This document shows positions 10,640 through 20,342 of a stretch of 64,000 bases of DNA, one piece after another (positions within the stretch are counted from its first letter, which is position 1; each line of letters opens with the position of its first letter). The position numbers and the translations under genes are program-made. This stretch comes from Desulfobacterales bacterium (GTDB lineage: Bacteria > Desulfobacterota > Desulfobacteria > Desulfobacterales > UBA2174): NCBI GenBank assembly GCA_963668645.2, contig CAXXWC010000022.1, positions 1 through 64,000 of the forward strand, written 5' to 3'. The notes under the pieces are model-generated. The model saw only the letters and a program-made list of their open reading frames with translations. It searched no databases and was not told the DNA's origin.

Positions 10640-11312
10640 GGGGGCGGTCCTCTTGCAGGCGGCCGTCGGCGATGTGCACCACCCGGTCGGCCCTGGCAGC
10701 GATCTGCGGATTGTGGGTCACCAGCACCAGGGTGGTGCCCCGCTCCCGGTGGACCTCGTCCAGAAGTGCGAGGATCGCGGCCCCGCTGGCCGAGTCGAGG
10801 TTGCCGGTGGGCTCGTCGGCGAAGACCACCGCCGGATCGTTGATCAGGGCCCGGCAGATGGCGATGCGCTGCTTTTCGCCGCCGGAGAGCTGGTGGGGAA
10901 AGCTGTCGCGCCGGTCTTCCATGCCGACCCGCCGCACCAGGGCCTCGGCCTTGGCGGCGGCCTGCGGATCTTTGGCCAGCTCGGCGGGAAACATCACGTT
11001 TTCGACGGCCGTCAGGGCCGGCACGAGGTGGTAGGCCTGGAACACGAAGCCGATGGTGGCGTTGCGGATCGGCGCCAGGTCGTCTTCGCCAAGGTCGGTG
11101 ATGTCGCGCCCGGCGATGCGCACCCGGCCTTCACTCGGCTTGTCCAGGCCCGAAAGCAGGCTCAACAGGGTGGACTTGCCGCTGCCGCTGGGCCCCTCGA
11201 TGACGAGGAACTGGCCGGCCGGGACCTGCAGCGAGACCCGGTTGAGGACCAGGATCTCGCGCGGACCGATGCGGTAGCGCTTGGTGAGGGACTCGGCTTC
11301 AAGGATGGCCAT
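10629..11312 (-). CDS. ybbA: ABC transporter ATP-binding protein (YbbA/LolD-like)
   Basis: GPSGSGKST, LSGGEKQR, ADEPTGNLD and VTHN; start placed at MAILEAES. Confidence 0.9.
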   Translation of the reverse strand: MAILEAESLTKRYRIGPREILVLNRVSLQVPAGQFLVIEGPSGSGKSTLLSLLSGLDKPSEGRVRIAGRDITDLGEDDLAPIRNATIGFVFQAYHLVPALTAVENVMFPAELAKDPQAAAKAEALVRRVGMEDRRDSFPHQLSGGEKQRIAICRALINDPAVVFADEPTGNLDSASGAAILALLDEVHRERGTTLVLVTHNPQIAARADRVVHIADGRLQEDRPHAA

Positions 11313-11662
11313 GGCAGGATCTCCGTGGGAAAATCGGGTTGGACTTGCCTGCCACGATAACCACATCCGGGCGCACAGTAAAGCGACCGGGACGCGAGCG
11401 GCAATTTCCGGTGAATCCACGATCTGTTGACGGTGATGAACAACGGCGTTGTGGACAAACGGTCAGGTCCGGCAGCGCGGCTTGCGAGATCTTGCCCCGG
11501 GCCCGGGTGCTGGCCGCCTGGGGGCTGCGGGGCGGCAAAAGCCTCCCGGCGCGGGGCAAGGCGGCCCCCGCCTTGGAACAATGCACTTGACAGGGCGCGG
11601 ATTCGCACCCGATATATGATTATAGAGATTCATAAGTCCAACTCAACCAAAGGAGAGATCTG

Positions 11663-13123
11663 TTGCATTCCATTCAAGACAAGGACCTGATCCGCTCCCA
11701 ATGCCTGATCGACGGGCGCTGGGTCGATGCGGCAGGCGGCGCCGTGATCAAAGTCACCGACCCGGCCGACGGGCGCACCATCGGCAGTGTGCCGCGCCTG
11801 GACGCCGTCCAGGTCGAAGCCGCCATTGACGCCGCTGCGGCCGCTTGGCCGGCCTGGCGGCGCCGGTCGGCCAAGGACCGGGCCGCCGTGCTGCGGCGAT
11901 GGTTCGAGGCCATCATGGCCCACCAGGAAGACCTGGCCCGTCTCATGACCGCCGAACAGGGCAAACCCCTGGCCGAGGCGCGGGGCGAAATCGCCTATGC
12001 CGCCTCTTTTGTCGAATGGTTCGCCGAAGAGGGCAAACGAGTCTACGGGGAAGTGATCCCTTCACCCGATCCCGCCCACCGCCTGGTGGTCCTCAAGCAG
12101 CCGGTGGGGGTTTGCGCCGCCGTCACCCCCTGGAACTTCCCGGCGGCCATGATCACCCGCAAGGCCGGTCCGGCCCTGGCGGCCGGCTGCCCCATAATCG
12201 TCAAACCGGCCAGCCAGACCCCCCTGTCGGCCCTGGCCCTGGGCGAGCTGGCCCAGCGGGCCGGAATCCCGCCGGGGATTTTCAACGTGGTCACCGGCGA
12301 CAGCCGGGTCGTGGGGCCGGTCCTGACCGGCAGCCCGGTGGTGCGCAAGCTGAGTTTTACCGGTTCGACGGAGGTGGGCCGGCAACTGATGGCGGCCTGC
12401 GCCGCGACGGTCAAGAAGGTTTCCCTGGAACTGGGGGGCAACGCGCCGTTCATCGTCCTGGACGACGCCGACCTGGACGCGGCCGTGGCCGGGGCCATCG
12501 CCTCCAAGTACCGCAACAGCGGCCAGACCTGCGTGTGCACCAACCGCTTTCTCGTCCAGGACGGGATCTACGAGGCCTTCACCCGCCGGCTGGCCGAGGC
12601 CAGCGCCGCGCTCAAGGTGGGCAGCGGATTCGAGGACGGGGTCCAGCAGGGGCCGCTGATCGATGCGGCGGCCCTTGAAAAGGTCGAGGCCCTGGTGGCC
12701 GAGGCCGAGGCGGCCGGGGCCCGGATCCTTACCGGAGGCCGGCGGCATCCGCTGGGCGGCACCTTCTTCAGCCCCACGGTGCTGGTGGATGTAACGCCCG
12801 GGATGGGGGTGGTGCAAGAGGAGATCTTCGGGCCGGTGGCCCCGATCCTGCGTTTTGGCGCCGACACCGACGCCGCGCGCTTGGCCAACGACACCCCCTA
12901 CGGTCTGGCGGCCTACTGCTACGGGCGCGACATCGGCCGTGTCTGGCGCCTGGCCGAGGCCCTGGAATACGGGATGGTGGGGGTCAACACGGGGTTGATC
13001 TCCAACGAGGTGGCTCCCTTCGGCGGGGTCAAGCAATCCGGTCTGGGCCGGGAGGGATCGCGCCACGGCATCGAGGAGTATCTGGAAATCAAGTATCTTT
13101 GCCTGGGAGACATCTCCCCGTGA
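11663..13123 (+). CDS. gabD: NAD(P)-dependent succinate-semialdehyde dehydrogenase
   Basis: TPWNFP, FTGSTEVG, LELGGNAP, GQTCVC, EEIFGP and PFGGVKQSGLGREG; AAGGAG RBS before TTG. Confidence 0.93.
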   Translation: MHSIQDKDLIRSQCLIDGRWVDAAGGAVIKVTDPADGRTIGSVPRLDAVQVEAAIDAAAAAWPAWRRRSAKDRAAVLRRWFEAIMAHQEDLARLMTAEQGKPLAEARGEIAYAASFVEWFAEEGKRVYGEVIPSPDPAHRLVVLKQPVGVCAAVTPWNFPAAMITRKAGPALAAGCPIIVKPASQTPLSALALGELAQRAGIPPGIFNVVTGDSRVVGPVLTGSPVVRKLSFTGSTEVGRQLMAACAATVKKVSLELGGNAPFIVLDDADLDAAVAGAIASKYRNSGQTCVCTNRFLVQDGIYEAFTRRLAEASAALKVGSGFEDGVQQGPLIDAAALEKVEALVAEAEAAGARILTGGRRHPLGGTFFSPTVLVDVTPGMGVVQEEIFGPVAPILRFGADTDAARLANDTPYGLAAYCYGRDIGRVWRLAEALEYGMVGVNTGLISNEVAPFGGVKQSGLGREGSRHGIEEYLEIKYLCLGDISP

Positions 13124-14055
13124 GCCGGCCCAGGACCGTATCCCTGGTGCTGGGCAGCGGCGGGGCCCGCGGGTTGGCCCATATCGGGGTGATCGAGTAC
13201 CTGGAAGAGAACGGCTACGCCATCCGCTCGGTGGCCGGGGCCTCCATGGGCGCCCTGGTGGGCGGCATCTGGGCCGCCGGCCACCTTGCCGAATACGTCG
13301 CCTGGGTCCGGGCCCTGACACGCTTTGACGTTTTCAGGCTCCTGGACTTTTCTTTTTCCTGGTCCGGGTTGATCAAGGGCGAGCGGATCATCGAGTTGAT
13401 GCGCGAACTGGTGGGCGACCGGCAGATCGAGACCCTGCCGGTGGCCTTTACCGCCGTGGCCACCGACCTGGACACGGGCAAGGAGATCTGGCTCAACCAG
13501 GGCAACCTCTTCGACGCCATCCGGGCGTCCATCGCCATTCCCACCTTTTTTACGCCCTACCACTATCTGGAGCGCCGGCTGGTGGACGGCGGGCTGGTCA
13601 ATCCGGTGCCCATCGCCCCGACCCTCAACGATCTGACCGATTTGACCGTCGCGGTCAACCTCATCGGCAGGGCTGCGCCCGAGATGGAAAATCCACCCGC
13701 AGCCGAGCCCGACGCCCATGACCGGCTGAGCGCCTACCGCGGTCGGATCCGCCGTTTCATCGAAGGGCTGCGCGGCGGCGAGAACGCTACGCCCGAACCG
13801 CCGGAAGAAGAGGAGCTGGGGCTCTTCGATATCCTCAACCGCTCCTTCGACACCATGCAAAGCACCGTGGCCAAGCTCAAGCTGGCGGCCTACGCGCCGG
13901 ACGTGCTGATCGAAATCCCGCGCAACGCCTGCGGCATGCTCGAATTTTTCCGGGCCGAGGAGATGATCGACCTGGGCCGGCGCCTGGCCGAGCAGGCCCT
14001 GGCCGCCCGTGCAGGCGATCCAGGGCCCCCCGAAGCGCCGCCGGTGGATTTTTAA
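13120..14055 (+). CDS. patatin-like phospholipase (RssA family)
   Basis: LGSGGARGLAHIG, GASMG and DGG motifs; GTGA overlap with gabD. Confidence 0.9.
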   Translation: MSRPRTVSLVLGSGGARGLAHIGVIEYLEENGYAIRSVAGASMGALVGGIWAAGHLAEYVAWVRALTRFDVFRLLDFSFSWSGLIKGERIIELMRELVGDRQIETLPVAFTAVATDLDTGKEIWLNQGNLFDAIRASIAIPTFFTPYHYLERRLVDGGLVNPVPIAPTLNDLTDLTVAVNLIGRAAPEMENPPAAEPDAHDRLSAYRGRIRRFIEGLRGGENATPEPPEEEELGLFDILNRSFDTMQSTVAKLKLAAYAPDVLIEIPRNACGMLEFFRAEEMIDLGRRLAEQALAARAGDPGPPEAPPVDF

Positions 14056-15011
14056 AAATCCCAGAGCATCGGATTCGGATCCAGGCCGTCGGTGACCGTG
14101 CGGCCGATGCGGTCCAGCTCGGCCATGGTCTTTTCGTCCAGGACCAGGTCCCCGGCAGCGGCGTTCTGGCGCACCTGTTCGGGGTTGCGGGCCCCGGCGA
14201 TGGCGCAGGTATTTTCGTGGGCCGTCACCCAGGCCAGGGCCAGCTGGCCCAGGGTGACGGCCAGCCGTTCGGCCACCGGCCGCAGGGCGGCCAGAGCCTC
14301 CTGGACCCGGCCGTAGGTTTCGGGTTCAAAGAGGCGGTTCTTGGCCCGATGGTCCCCGGGGGCGAAGCGGTGGTCCGGCCCGAACTTGCCGGTGAGCAGC
14401 CCCTGGGCCATGGAGGAATAGGCCAGGACGGTGATCTTGTTCTCGCGGCAAAAATCCATCGTGTCGCGCTCATGGTGGCGCCAGAAGAGGGAATAGGGCG
14501 GCTGGAGGCTGGCGATGGGCACGATTTGGCAGGCCTCGGCGAGCTGGTCGCCAGAAAAGTTGGAAACCCCGATGGCGCGGATCTTGCCCTGCTGTACGAG
14601 TTCTTTCATCGCCTCGAGGGGCTCGGCCAGGGGGACCGCCTCGGCACCGAAGGTGCCCGGGGGCCAGTGGATCTGGTACAGGTCGATATAGTCGGTGCCC
14701 AGGTCGCGCAGTGACTGTTCGCAGGCGGCCACCACCTGCTCGCGGCGCAGCCGGTTGGAGAACACCTTGGTGGCGATGACCACCTCGTGGCGCCATTGGG
14801 CCAGGGCCTTGCCCACGAGCCGCTCCGAATGGCCGTTGCCGTAAACCGTGGCCGTATCGAAGGTGGTGATCCCGCTGTCGAAGGCGGCCTGCAGGGCGTT
14901 GAAGATCTGGTTGTCGTCGATGCCGGCCCACATTTTCCGGCCGGCCTGCCAGGTGCCCATGACGATGGCCGAAAGGGTGATGCCGGTATTTCCCAAGGGA
15001 ACGGTTTTCAT
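14052..15011 (-). CDS. aldo/keto reductase
   Basis: MGTWQ, FDTATVYG, IATK, DYIDLYQIHWP and GKIRAIGVSNF; start MKTVPLG after AAGGAG. Confidence 0.92.
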   Translation of the reverse strand: MKTVPLGNTGITLSAIVMGTWQAGRKMWAGIDDNQIFNALQAAFDSGITTFDTATVYGNGHSERLVGKALAQWRHEVVIATKVFSNRLRREQVVAACEQSLRDLGTDYIDLYQIHWPPGTFGAEAVPLAEPLEAMKELVQQGKIRAIGVSNFSGDQLAEACQIVPIASLQPPYSLFWRHHERDTMDFCRENKITVLAYSSMAQGLLTGKFGPDHRFAPGDHRAKNRLFEPETYGRVQEALAALRPVAERLAVTLGQLALAWVTAHENTCAIAGARNPEQVRQNAAAGDLVLDEKTMAELDRIGRTVTDGLDPNPMLWDF

Positions 15012-15022
15012 GATCATACTCC

Positions 15023-15961
15023 TTATGCGTTGGCGGTTTGGCGGGCCTGGTGCTCCTGGGCGGTCAGGGCCCGGTAGATGAAATCGTTGGCTGGAACCGG
15101 GACCCCCGCCTCGCGGGCCAGGCGCACCACGGCCCCGTTCTGGGACCCGAGTTCGCTGGGCCGGCCCGCCATGATGTCGCGCTGCATCGAGGCGGTCCCT
15201 TCGGGCGGCAGGGCGTCCACCGCCGCCATGGACCGTTCCACGACATCTTCGGGCAGGGCCACGCCCCGGGCCTGGGCCAGGCGCCGGATCTCGTCCATGA
15301 CCGCCTCGATCAGGCTCCGGGTTTCCGGAAGGGTGCGCATGATCCCGGCGGCAACGCGGGTCACCGCGCCGACCCCGCCGAAGCCGGCGATGAAGATGAA
15401 TTTGCCCCAGATGGCGGCGTGGATATCCTCGGCGATCTGGGCTTCCAGCCCCTGGCACCCGTCGAAGATGGCCTTGAGGCCTTTGACCCGGTTGCTGGCC
15501 GTGTTGTCCATTTCGCCGAAGACGATCCGCGGCGGCATCCCCAGGTGGCGGATCCGCCCGGGCCCGGCGATGGTGGCCATGAGCTTGCACAGCCCGCCGA
15601 GCACGTGGGCCGGCCCGAGGGTTCGGGCGAGCTGGCCGGCGGCCTCGACCCCGTTTTGAAGCGGCACGACCAGCGTGCCGGGCCCGACAAGGGGTTTGAT
15701 GGCCTCGGCGGCCCCGGGCACCTGGGGCGCCTTGACCCCCACCAGCACCAGGTCCACCGGCCCGATGGCGGCCGGATCGTCGCTGGCCGCGGCCGGGTTT
15801 ACCTCAAAATCCCCAGCGATGCTTTCCACCTTCAGGCCCTGGCGCCGGATGGCCTCCAGGTGGGCCCCCCGGGCGATGAAGGTCACATCGTTGCCGGCCT
15901 GGGCCAGGCGGCCTCCGAAATAACCGCCCACGCCTCCGGTTCCGAAAACAGCGATTTTCAT
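15023..15961 (-). CDS. panE: 2-dehydropantoate 2-reductase
   Basis: MKIAVFGTGGVGGYFG, PLQNGVE, WGKFIF and SMQRDIMAGRPSE. Confidence 0.9.
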   Translation of the reverse strand: MKIAVFGTGGVGGYFGGRLAQAGNDVTFIARGAHLEAIRRQGLKVESIAGDFEVNPAAASDDPAAIGPVDLVLVGVKAPQVPGAAEAIKPLVGPGTLVVPLQNGVEAAGQLARTLGPAHVLGGLCKLMATIAGPGRIRHLGMPPRIVFGEMDNTASNRVKGLKAIFDGCQGLEAQIAEDIHAAIWGKFIFIAGFGGVGAVTRVAAGIMRTLPETRSLIEAVMDEIRRLAQARGVALPEDVVERSMAAVDALPPEGTASMQRDIMAGRPSELGSQNGAVVRLAREAGVPVPANDFIYRALTAQEHQARQTANA

Positions 15962-16038
15962 GGTTCACTCCTTTTTTCTTTTAAAAAACAGATGTGTTAC
16001 GAAAAATCAGGCCTGGCTGGCCGGTTGCCGGCACCGGA

Positions 16039-16587
16039 TCAGGCTTCCAGCCGGCAGGTGCAAAGCACTTTTCCTTCCAGGGACTCGACCGTCAGGCGAT
16101 CGGCTTCCAGGATCGCGTGGGAAGACGGGCGGCCGTCCTTGGGCAGTCCCACCGATCCGGGGTTGAGAACGAAAAATTCGTCCCGCCGTTCGGCCAGCGG
16201 GATGTGGGTGTGGCCGGAAACGAAGATGTCGCCCGCACAAAGGGGCGGCAGGTGGTCCGGATCGTGGCGGTGGCCGTGGGTGGCGAAGATGCGGCGCTTT
16301 CCGGCCAGCACCCAGGCGTAATCGGCCAGGGCCGGAAAGGCGAGCATCATCTGGTCGACCTCGCTGTCGCAGTTGCCTTTGACGGCGATGATCCGGTGGC
16401 GTTCCCGGTTGAAAATCTCGGCGGTGCGGGCCGGATCATAGCCGGCCGGCAGCGGGTTGCGCGGGCCGTGGTATAGGGCGTCGCCCAAAAAGACCACCTG
16501 CCCGGCGCCTTGCCGGCGGCCGGCCTCCAGGGCCGCTTCGAGGGGGCCGGGTGCGCCGTGGACATCGGAGATGAATTGAATTTTCAT
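16039..16587 (-). CDS. yfcE: YfcE-family metallophosphodiesterase
   Basis: SDVHG, GDALYHGPRN, GNCDSEVDQ, THGH, GHTH and NPGSV. Confidence 0.9.
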   Translation of the reverse strand: MKIQFISDVHGAPGPLEAALEAGRRQGAGQVVFLGDALYHGPRNPLPAGYDPARTAEIFNRERHRIIAVKGNCDSEVDQMMLAFPALADYAWVLAGKRRIFATHGHRHDPDHLPPLCAGDIFVSGHTHIPLAERRDEFFVLNPGSVGLPKDGRPSSHAILEADRLTVESLEGKVLCTCRLEA

Positions 16588-16639
16588 GACTGCCTCTTGC
16601 TCGGTCTATGTTCGCATCCGGCAGGGCCGGTGGCGGCGT

Positions 16640-17335
16640 TCAGGCAAACCCGAAGAGCTGATCCAGGATGCGGTAGAGCAGCGCATTGGCCCGGGCGAAG
16701 CGGGCCGTGTCGGCCAGCATGGCTCGGGGGTCTTGCACAAAGGGCCCGCCGTCGATCTCCCCGCCGCAGTGGGCGATGAGGGACCGGGCGCTGGCCGGGG
16801 TGGTTTCCAGGTGAAACTGGAGCCCCAGGACCCGCTCCTGGAACAAAAAGGCCTGGTGGGCGCAGGCCGTGCTGCCGGCCAGGTGAACCGCCCCCGCGGG
16901 AATATCGAAGGTGTCCCCGTGCCAGTGAAACACCTCCGCCGCTGCGGGCAGCAGGCCGGCCAGGGGCGAGCGGTCCCAGCCCGGCGTGGGCCGCACCGGC
17001 AGCCATCCGATCTCTTGCCAGCGGTTGGGGTAGACCCTGGCCCCGAGCGCATCGGCGATGAGCTGGGCCCCCAGGCAGATCCCCACCACGGGGCGACCGG
17101 CGGCGATGGCGGCCGCGATGGCGCGTTTTTCTTCCACCAGGAAGGGATAGCGCTCGTGCTCGTAGATGTTCATCGGACCGCCCATCACCACCAGGGCGTC
17201 GAAATCGGCTGGCGACGGCGCCGTCTGGCCGTCAAAGAGCCGGGTGCCGGTCATGACGGCCCGGCGCGCCGCGGCCCAGTTGAAGATCTCGGCCGGGTTT
17301 TCGAAGGCAACATGTTGCAGGTAGTGGATGCGCAT
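16640..17335 (-). CDS. type 1 glutamine amidotransferase (GMP-synthase-like, stand-alone)
   Basis: QHVAFE, MGGPM, GICLGAQL, HWHGDTF and QFHLE triad motifs. Confidence 0.9.
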   Translation of the reverse strand: MRIHYLQHVAFENPAEIFNWAAARRAVMTGTRLFDGQTAPSPADFDALVVMGGPMNIYEHERYPFLVEEKRAIAAAIAAGRPVVGICLGAQLIADALGARVYPNRWQEIGWLPVRPTPGWDRSPLAGLLPAAAEVFHWHGDTFDIPAGAVHLAGSTACAHQAFLFQERVLGLQFHLETTPASARSLIAHCGGEIDGGPFVQDPRAMLADTARFARANALLYRILDQLFGFA

Positions 17336-17494
17336 GGGTGGCCTCTTTGGGGGTGGATCTGTTATTTTTTATCGAGATTGTCATCCCGGGCGCGGCGAGA
17401 GATCGACGGCGGAACCAACGGCAGTGCCTGGCAGATCGCTCGCTGCGGAATCATTTCTGATCGTATCGGAATAAATCCGAAAACGCCGTTCACG

Positions 17495-18379
17495 TCATTC
17501 CGGGCTCGATCCGGAACCCATGTGTGCCGCCGGTTGCGAGCCTGTCGAGTCTTCCGGCTGGCAGCACGGGCAGACGTGGGTGCTGCGCTGGCCCACCACC
17601 AGGCGCTGGATGGCCGTCTGGCAGCGCGGGCAGTTCTGGCCGGTGCGGCGAAAGACCTTCAGGGCCTTGCCGTTTTCGCCGGCCCCCCGGGTGGTGGCGC
17701 TGAAATTGCCCTGGCCGTGGCCCAGGCTGGTGCCGCCGTTGGCCAGGCCCCGGCGCAGCACCCGGCGCACGGCCCGGTGCAGGGCCCGGATCTCTGCGGC
17801 CGACAGGTCACTGGCCGGCCGCAGGGGATGGAGCCGGGCTTCCCAGAGGGCCTCGTCCACGTAGATGTTGCCCAGCCCGGCCAGCACGCTCTGATCGAGC
17901 AGGAGCGGCTTGAGGGCCCGGCGCCGTCCGGCGAGCCGTTGGGAAAGGACCCGGGCCGTAAAGTCTTCGGCCAGGGGTTCGGGCCCCAGGGCCCCGAGCA
18001 CGCTTTGGGGATCGTCGGTCAGCCGGATGCGGCCGAACTTGCGCGGATCGTAAAAGCGCAGCTCCCGGCCGTCGTCCAGCAAGAAGCGCACATGCTCGTG
18101 GCGGCCCACCGGGGTCCGGGCCCCGGACAGCACCAGGCGCCCGGTCATGCGCAGATGGATCAGAAGCGCGCCGCCGCCGGCAAGATCGATCCGGATGAAC
18201 TTGCCCCGGCGGCCGAGGCCGGCCACGCACCGCCCGGTGATCAGGCGGCAAAACTCGTCCACCGCCATACCGGCCACGGTCTTGGGCCAGGAGACGCGGC
18301 AACCGGACACGGTCCGGCCAACCAGGCCGGCCTGGTTCAGGTCGTCGACGATGGTCTGGACTTCGGGCAGTTCGGGCAT
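17495..18379 (-). CDS. mutM: formamidopyrimidine-DNA glycosylase
   Basis: MPELPEV, RRGK, HLRMTG, GLGNIYVDE and C-terminal CxxC...CxxCQ zinc finger. Confidence 0.96.
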   Translation of the reverse strand: MPELPEVQTIVDDLNQAGLVGRTVSGCRVSWPKTVAGMAVDEFCRLITGRCVAGLGRRGKFIRIDLAGGGALLIHLRMTGRLVLSGARTPVGRHEHVRFLLDDGRELRFYDPRKFGRIRLTDDPQSVLGALGPEPLAEDFTARVLSQRLAGRRRALKPLLLDQSVLAGLGNIYVDEALWEARLHPLRPASDLSAAEIRALHRAVRRVLRRGLANGGTSLGHGQGNFSATTRGAGENGKALKVFRRTGQNCPRCQTAIQRLVVGQRSTHVCPCCQPEDSTGSQPAAHMGSGSSPE

Positions 18380-18389
18380 CGTTGCAGGC

Positions 18390-19448
18390 TCACGGCAGGG
18401 CGTTGATATGATCGATCAGCTGGCGCAGCCGTCCCAGTCTGCGGCGGTTAAAATCGATCACCAGACGCGGCAGATGGGCGATATCGGCCTGGTTCGCCTC
18501 TTCGGGCAGGGGCCCGCAGGTCCTGATACGGCCTGCGGGCGCCAGCAGATCGGCAAAGCGTTGCTCCAGGTCCTCGACCTGGTCCGCACCCAGGGCCTCG
18601 GTCAGGCGCAGGACGCACTGGCCGTTGACGTAGCGCAGGCTGTGATAGCGCCGGTAGAAGCGTTCGATGGCGGCCACGGCGGCCTCGGGACTTTCGACGA
18701 TCTCGAAAAGGGCCAGGTCCTCCTCGCCGATCCGTCCCGTTTCGAGAAGCTGGCGGCCGATAAAATCGCGCCATGCGGCCCAGTAGCCCTCGCCGGGCGG
18801 CTCCACCAGCACCAGGGGCAGCGGATCGCGCTTGCCGGTCTGCACCAGGGTCAGCGTTTCCATGGCCTCGTCCAGGGTGCCGAACCCGCCGGGAAACAGG
18901 GCCACGGCGTCGGCTTCCTTGACGAAGGCCACCTTGCGGTTGAAAAAATACTTGTAGTTGATGCTGCGCGGGTTGTTCTGCAGCACCGGGTTGGGTTTCT
19001 GCTCGAAGGGCAGGCGGATGTTGACCCCGAAGGAGTTTTCGGCCCCGGCCCCTTCGTTGGCCGCCTGCATGATTCCCGGCCCGCCGCCGGTGATCACCAT
19101 GTAGCCGGCCGCCGCCAGCTGGCGGCCCAGCTCCAGCGCCATGCCGTAGGAGGCCTCCTCGGGCCGGGTGCGGGCCGAACCGAAGACCGTGACCTTGCGC
19201 TTGTGGCGGTAGGCCCCGAACACCTTGGTGGTAAAGCGCATCTCCTTGAGGGAGGTGTTCATCAGTTTGAGATCGGCCCGGCCGCTGTTTTCCTGGCCGG
19301 CCTTGAGGGCCGAAAGGATCATTTCACGCACGATGGTGCGATGGGCGATGTCCCCCGCAGCGTTCATCAACTCCTCGATGGCCCGGTCCACCGGACCGTT
19401 GGTCGAGGAAAAGTGCAGTTCGCGGGGGAGGTCTGAATCTTGAGCCAT
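18390..19448 (-). CDS. LOG family nucleotide phosphoribohydrolase (long form)
   Basis: TVFGSART, ITGGGPGIM, FFNRK and PGGFGTLDE; start placed at MAQDSDL. Confidence 0.88.
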   Translation of the reverse strand: MAQDSDLPRELHFSSTNGPVDRAIEELMNAAGDIAHRTIVREMILSALKAGQENSGRADLKLMNTSLKEMRFTTKVFGAYRHKRKVTVFGSARTRPEEASYGMALELGRQLAAAGYMVITGGGPGIMQAANEGAGAENSFGVNIRLPFEQKPNPVLQNNPRSINYKYFFNRKVAFVKEADAVALFPGGFGTLDEAMETLTLVQTGKRDPLPLVLVEPPGEGYWAAWRDFIGRQLLETGRIGEEDLALFEIVESPEAAVAAIERFYRRYHSLRYVNGQCVLRLTEALGADQVEDLEQRFADLLAPAGRIRTCGPLPEEANQADIAHLPRLVIDFNRRRLGRLRQLIDHINALP

Positions 19449-19703
19449 ACAAAAGCCTTCCTGATACGTTGTTTGCGGCCGGAGACACTTTACATCCAAC
19501 CGGCCTTCGATCCAACCGCAAAGCGGGGCTGCCCGCATTGCGGATGAAGGTTGAAGCTAAGGCAGGGGGCGGGGGTGTCAACTTCGGGCCGTTCCTGTAA
19601 CAGTGCCCCGCCAAATTTGGGATCCGCCCTCTTTGCGTGTCGGGTTTTTAAAACTGCCGCCGTTTCCCGCCTATCGGCCCAACTGCAGATTACTCACTGA
19701 TGT

Positions 19704-20126
19704 TTGCATTGGCACGGGAAGGAAGGCGTCATCCATATCGCAAGGATCATGGTTTCCAAGGGGGAGGTGGACGAGGCCCTAAAGCTCCATCAGCAAAGGC
19801 TTCCGATATACAAAGCGCTTGATGATCAAGATGGAATTGCGAACACGCTTTGGGGAATGGCCCGATTGGAGATTAATGCAGAAAGTTTCCAAGCAGCGTG
19901 TGAAAACCTTGCCCAAGCGTACGCCATTCTCGTGAAAATAGGACGGCTTGATGGAATTTGCGTTGTCGGTGGCGACCTTGGCCAGATTCTATGCATGGGC
20001 GGGCACAAAGAAGAAGGCCTCAAAATCCTTGCCCGCTCACGTGAAGGCTTCACCAAGCTCGGCCAACCCCAGATGGCCGCGCAGATCGATCAACTGGTCG
20101 CAGCGATAAATAAAAGCGGCGGATGA
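19704..20126 (+). pseudogene. C-terminal fragment of a TPR-repeat protein
   Basis: TPR-like repeats (GEVDEALKLHQQRLPIYKALDDQDGIANTLWGMA); lower GC than neighbours; no convincing RBS or ATG. Confidence 0.55.
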
Positions 20127-20335
20127 TCACGTTTTCGCCCGCCCCGCCCCGCCACCCGCTCCACCGTCAGCGTCACCGCGTTCCGGTCCCGCTCCACCCG
20201 GCCCCAGAGCAGATACGGCCGGCCGTGGTCGAGGATGTGGCAGTAGCGGTCGTAGACCGCCGGAAAGAAGGTCGCCTCGACGGTGCCGATCTCGTCCTCG
20301 AAGGTGAGAAACGCCATCGGCTCGCCGCGCCTGGT
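20090..20335 (-). pseudogene. DNA polymerase III alpha (DnaE/DnaE2) C-terminal OB-fold fragment
   Basis: In-frame TRRGEP-MAFLTFEDEIGTVEATFFPAVYDRY...PYLLWGRVE, typical of the DnaE OB fold; the rest of the polymerase is absent. Confidence 0.65.
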
Positions 20336-20342
20336 GCCGGAT

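Noticed and set aside
7437..11312. tesA-ybbP-ybbA cluster as a novel system
   Set aside because: Well-known conserved arrangement.
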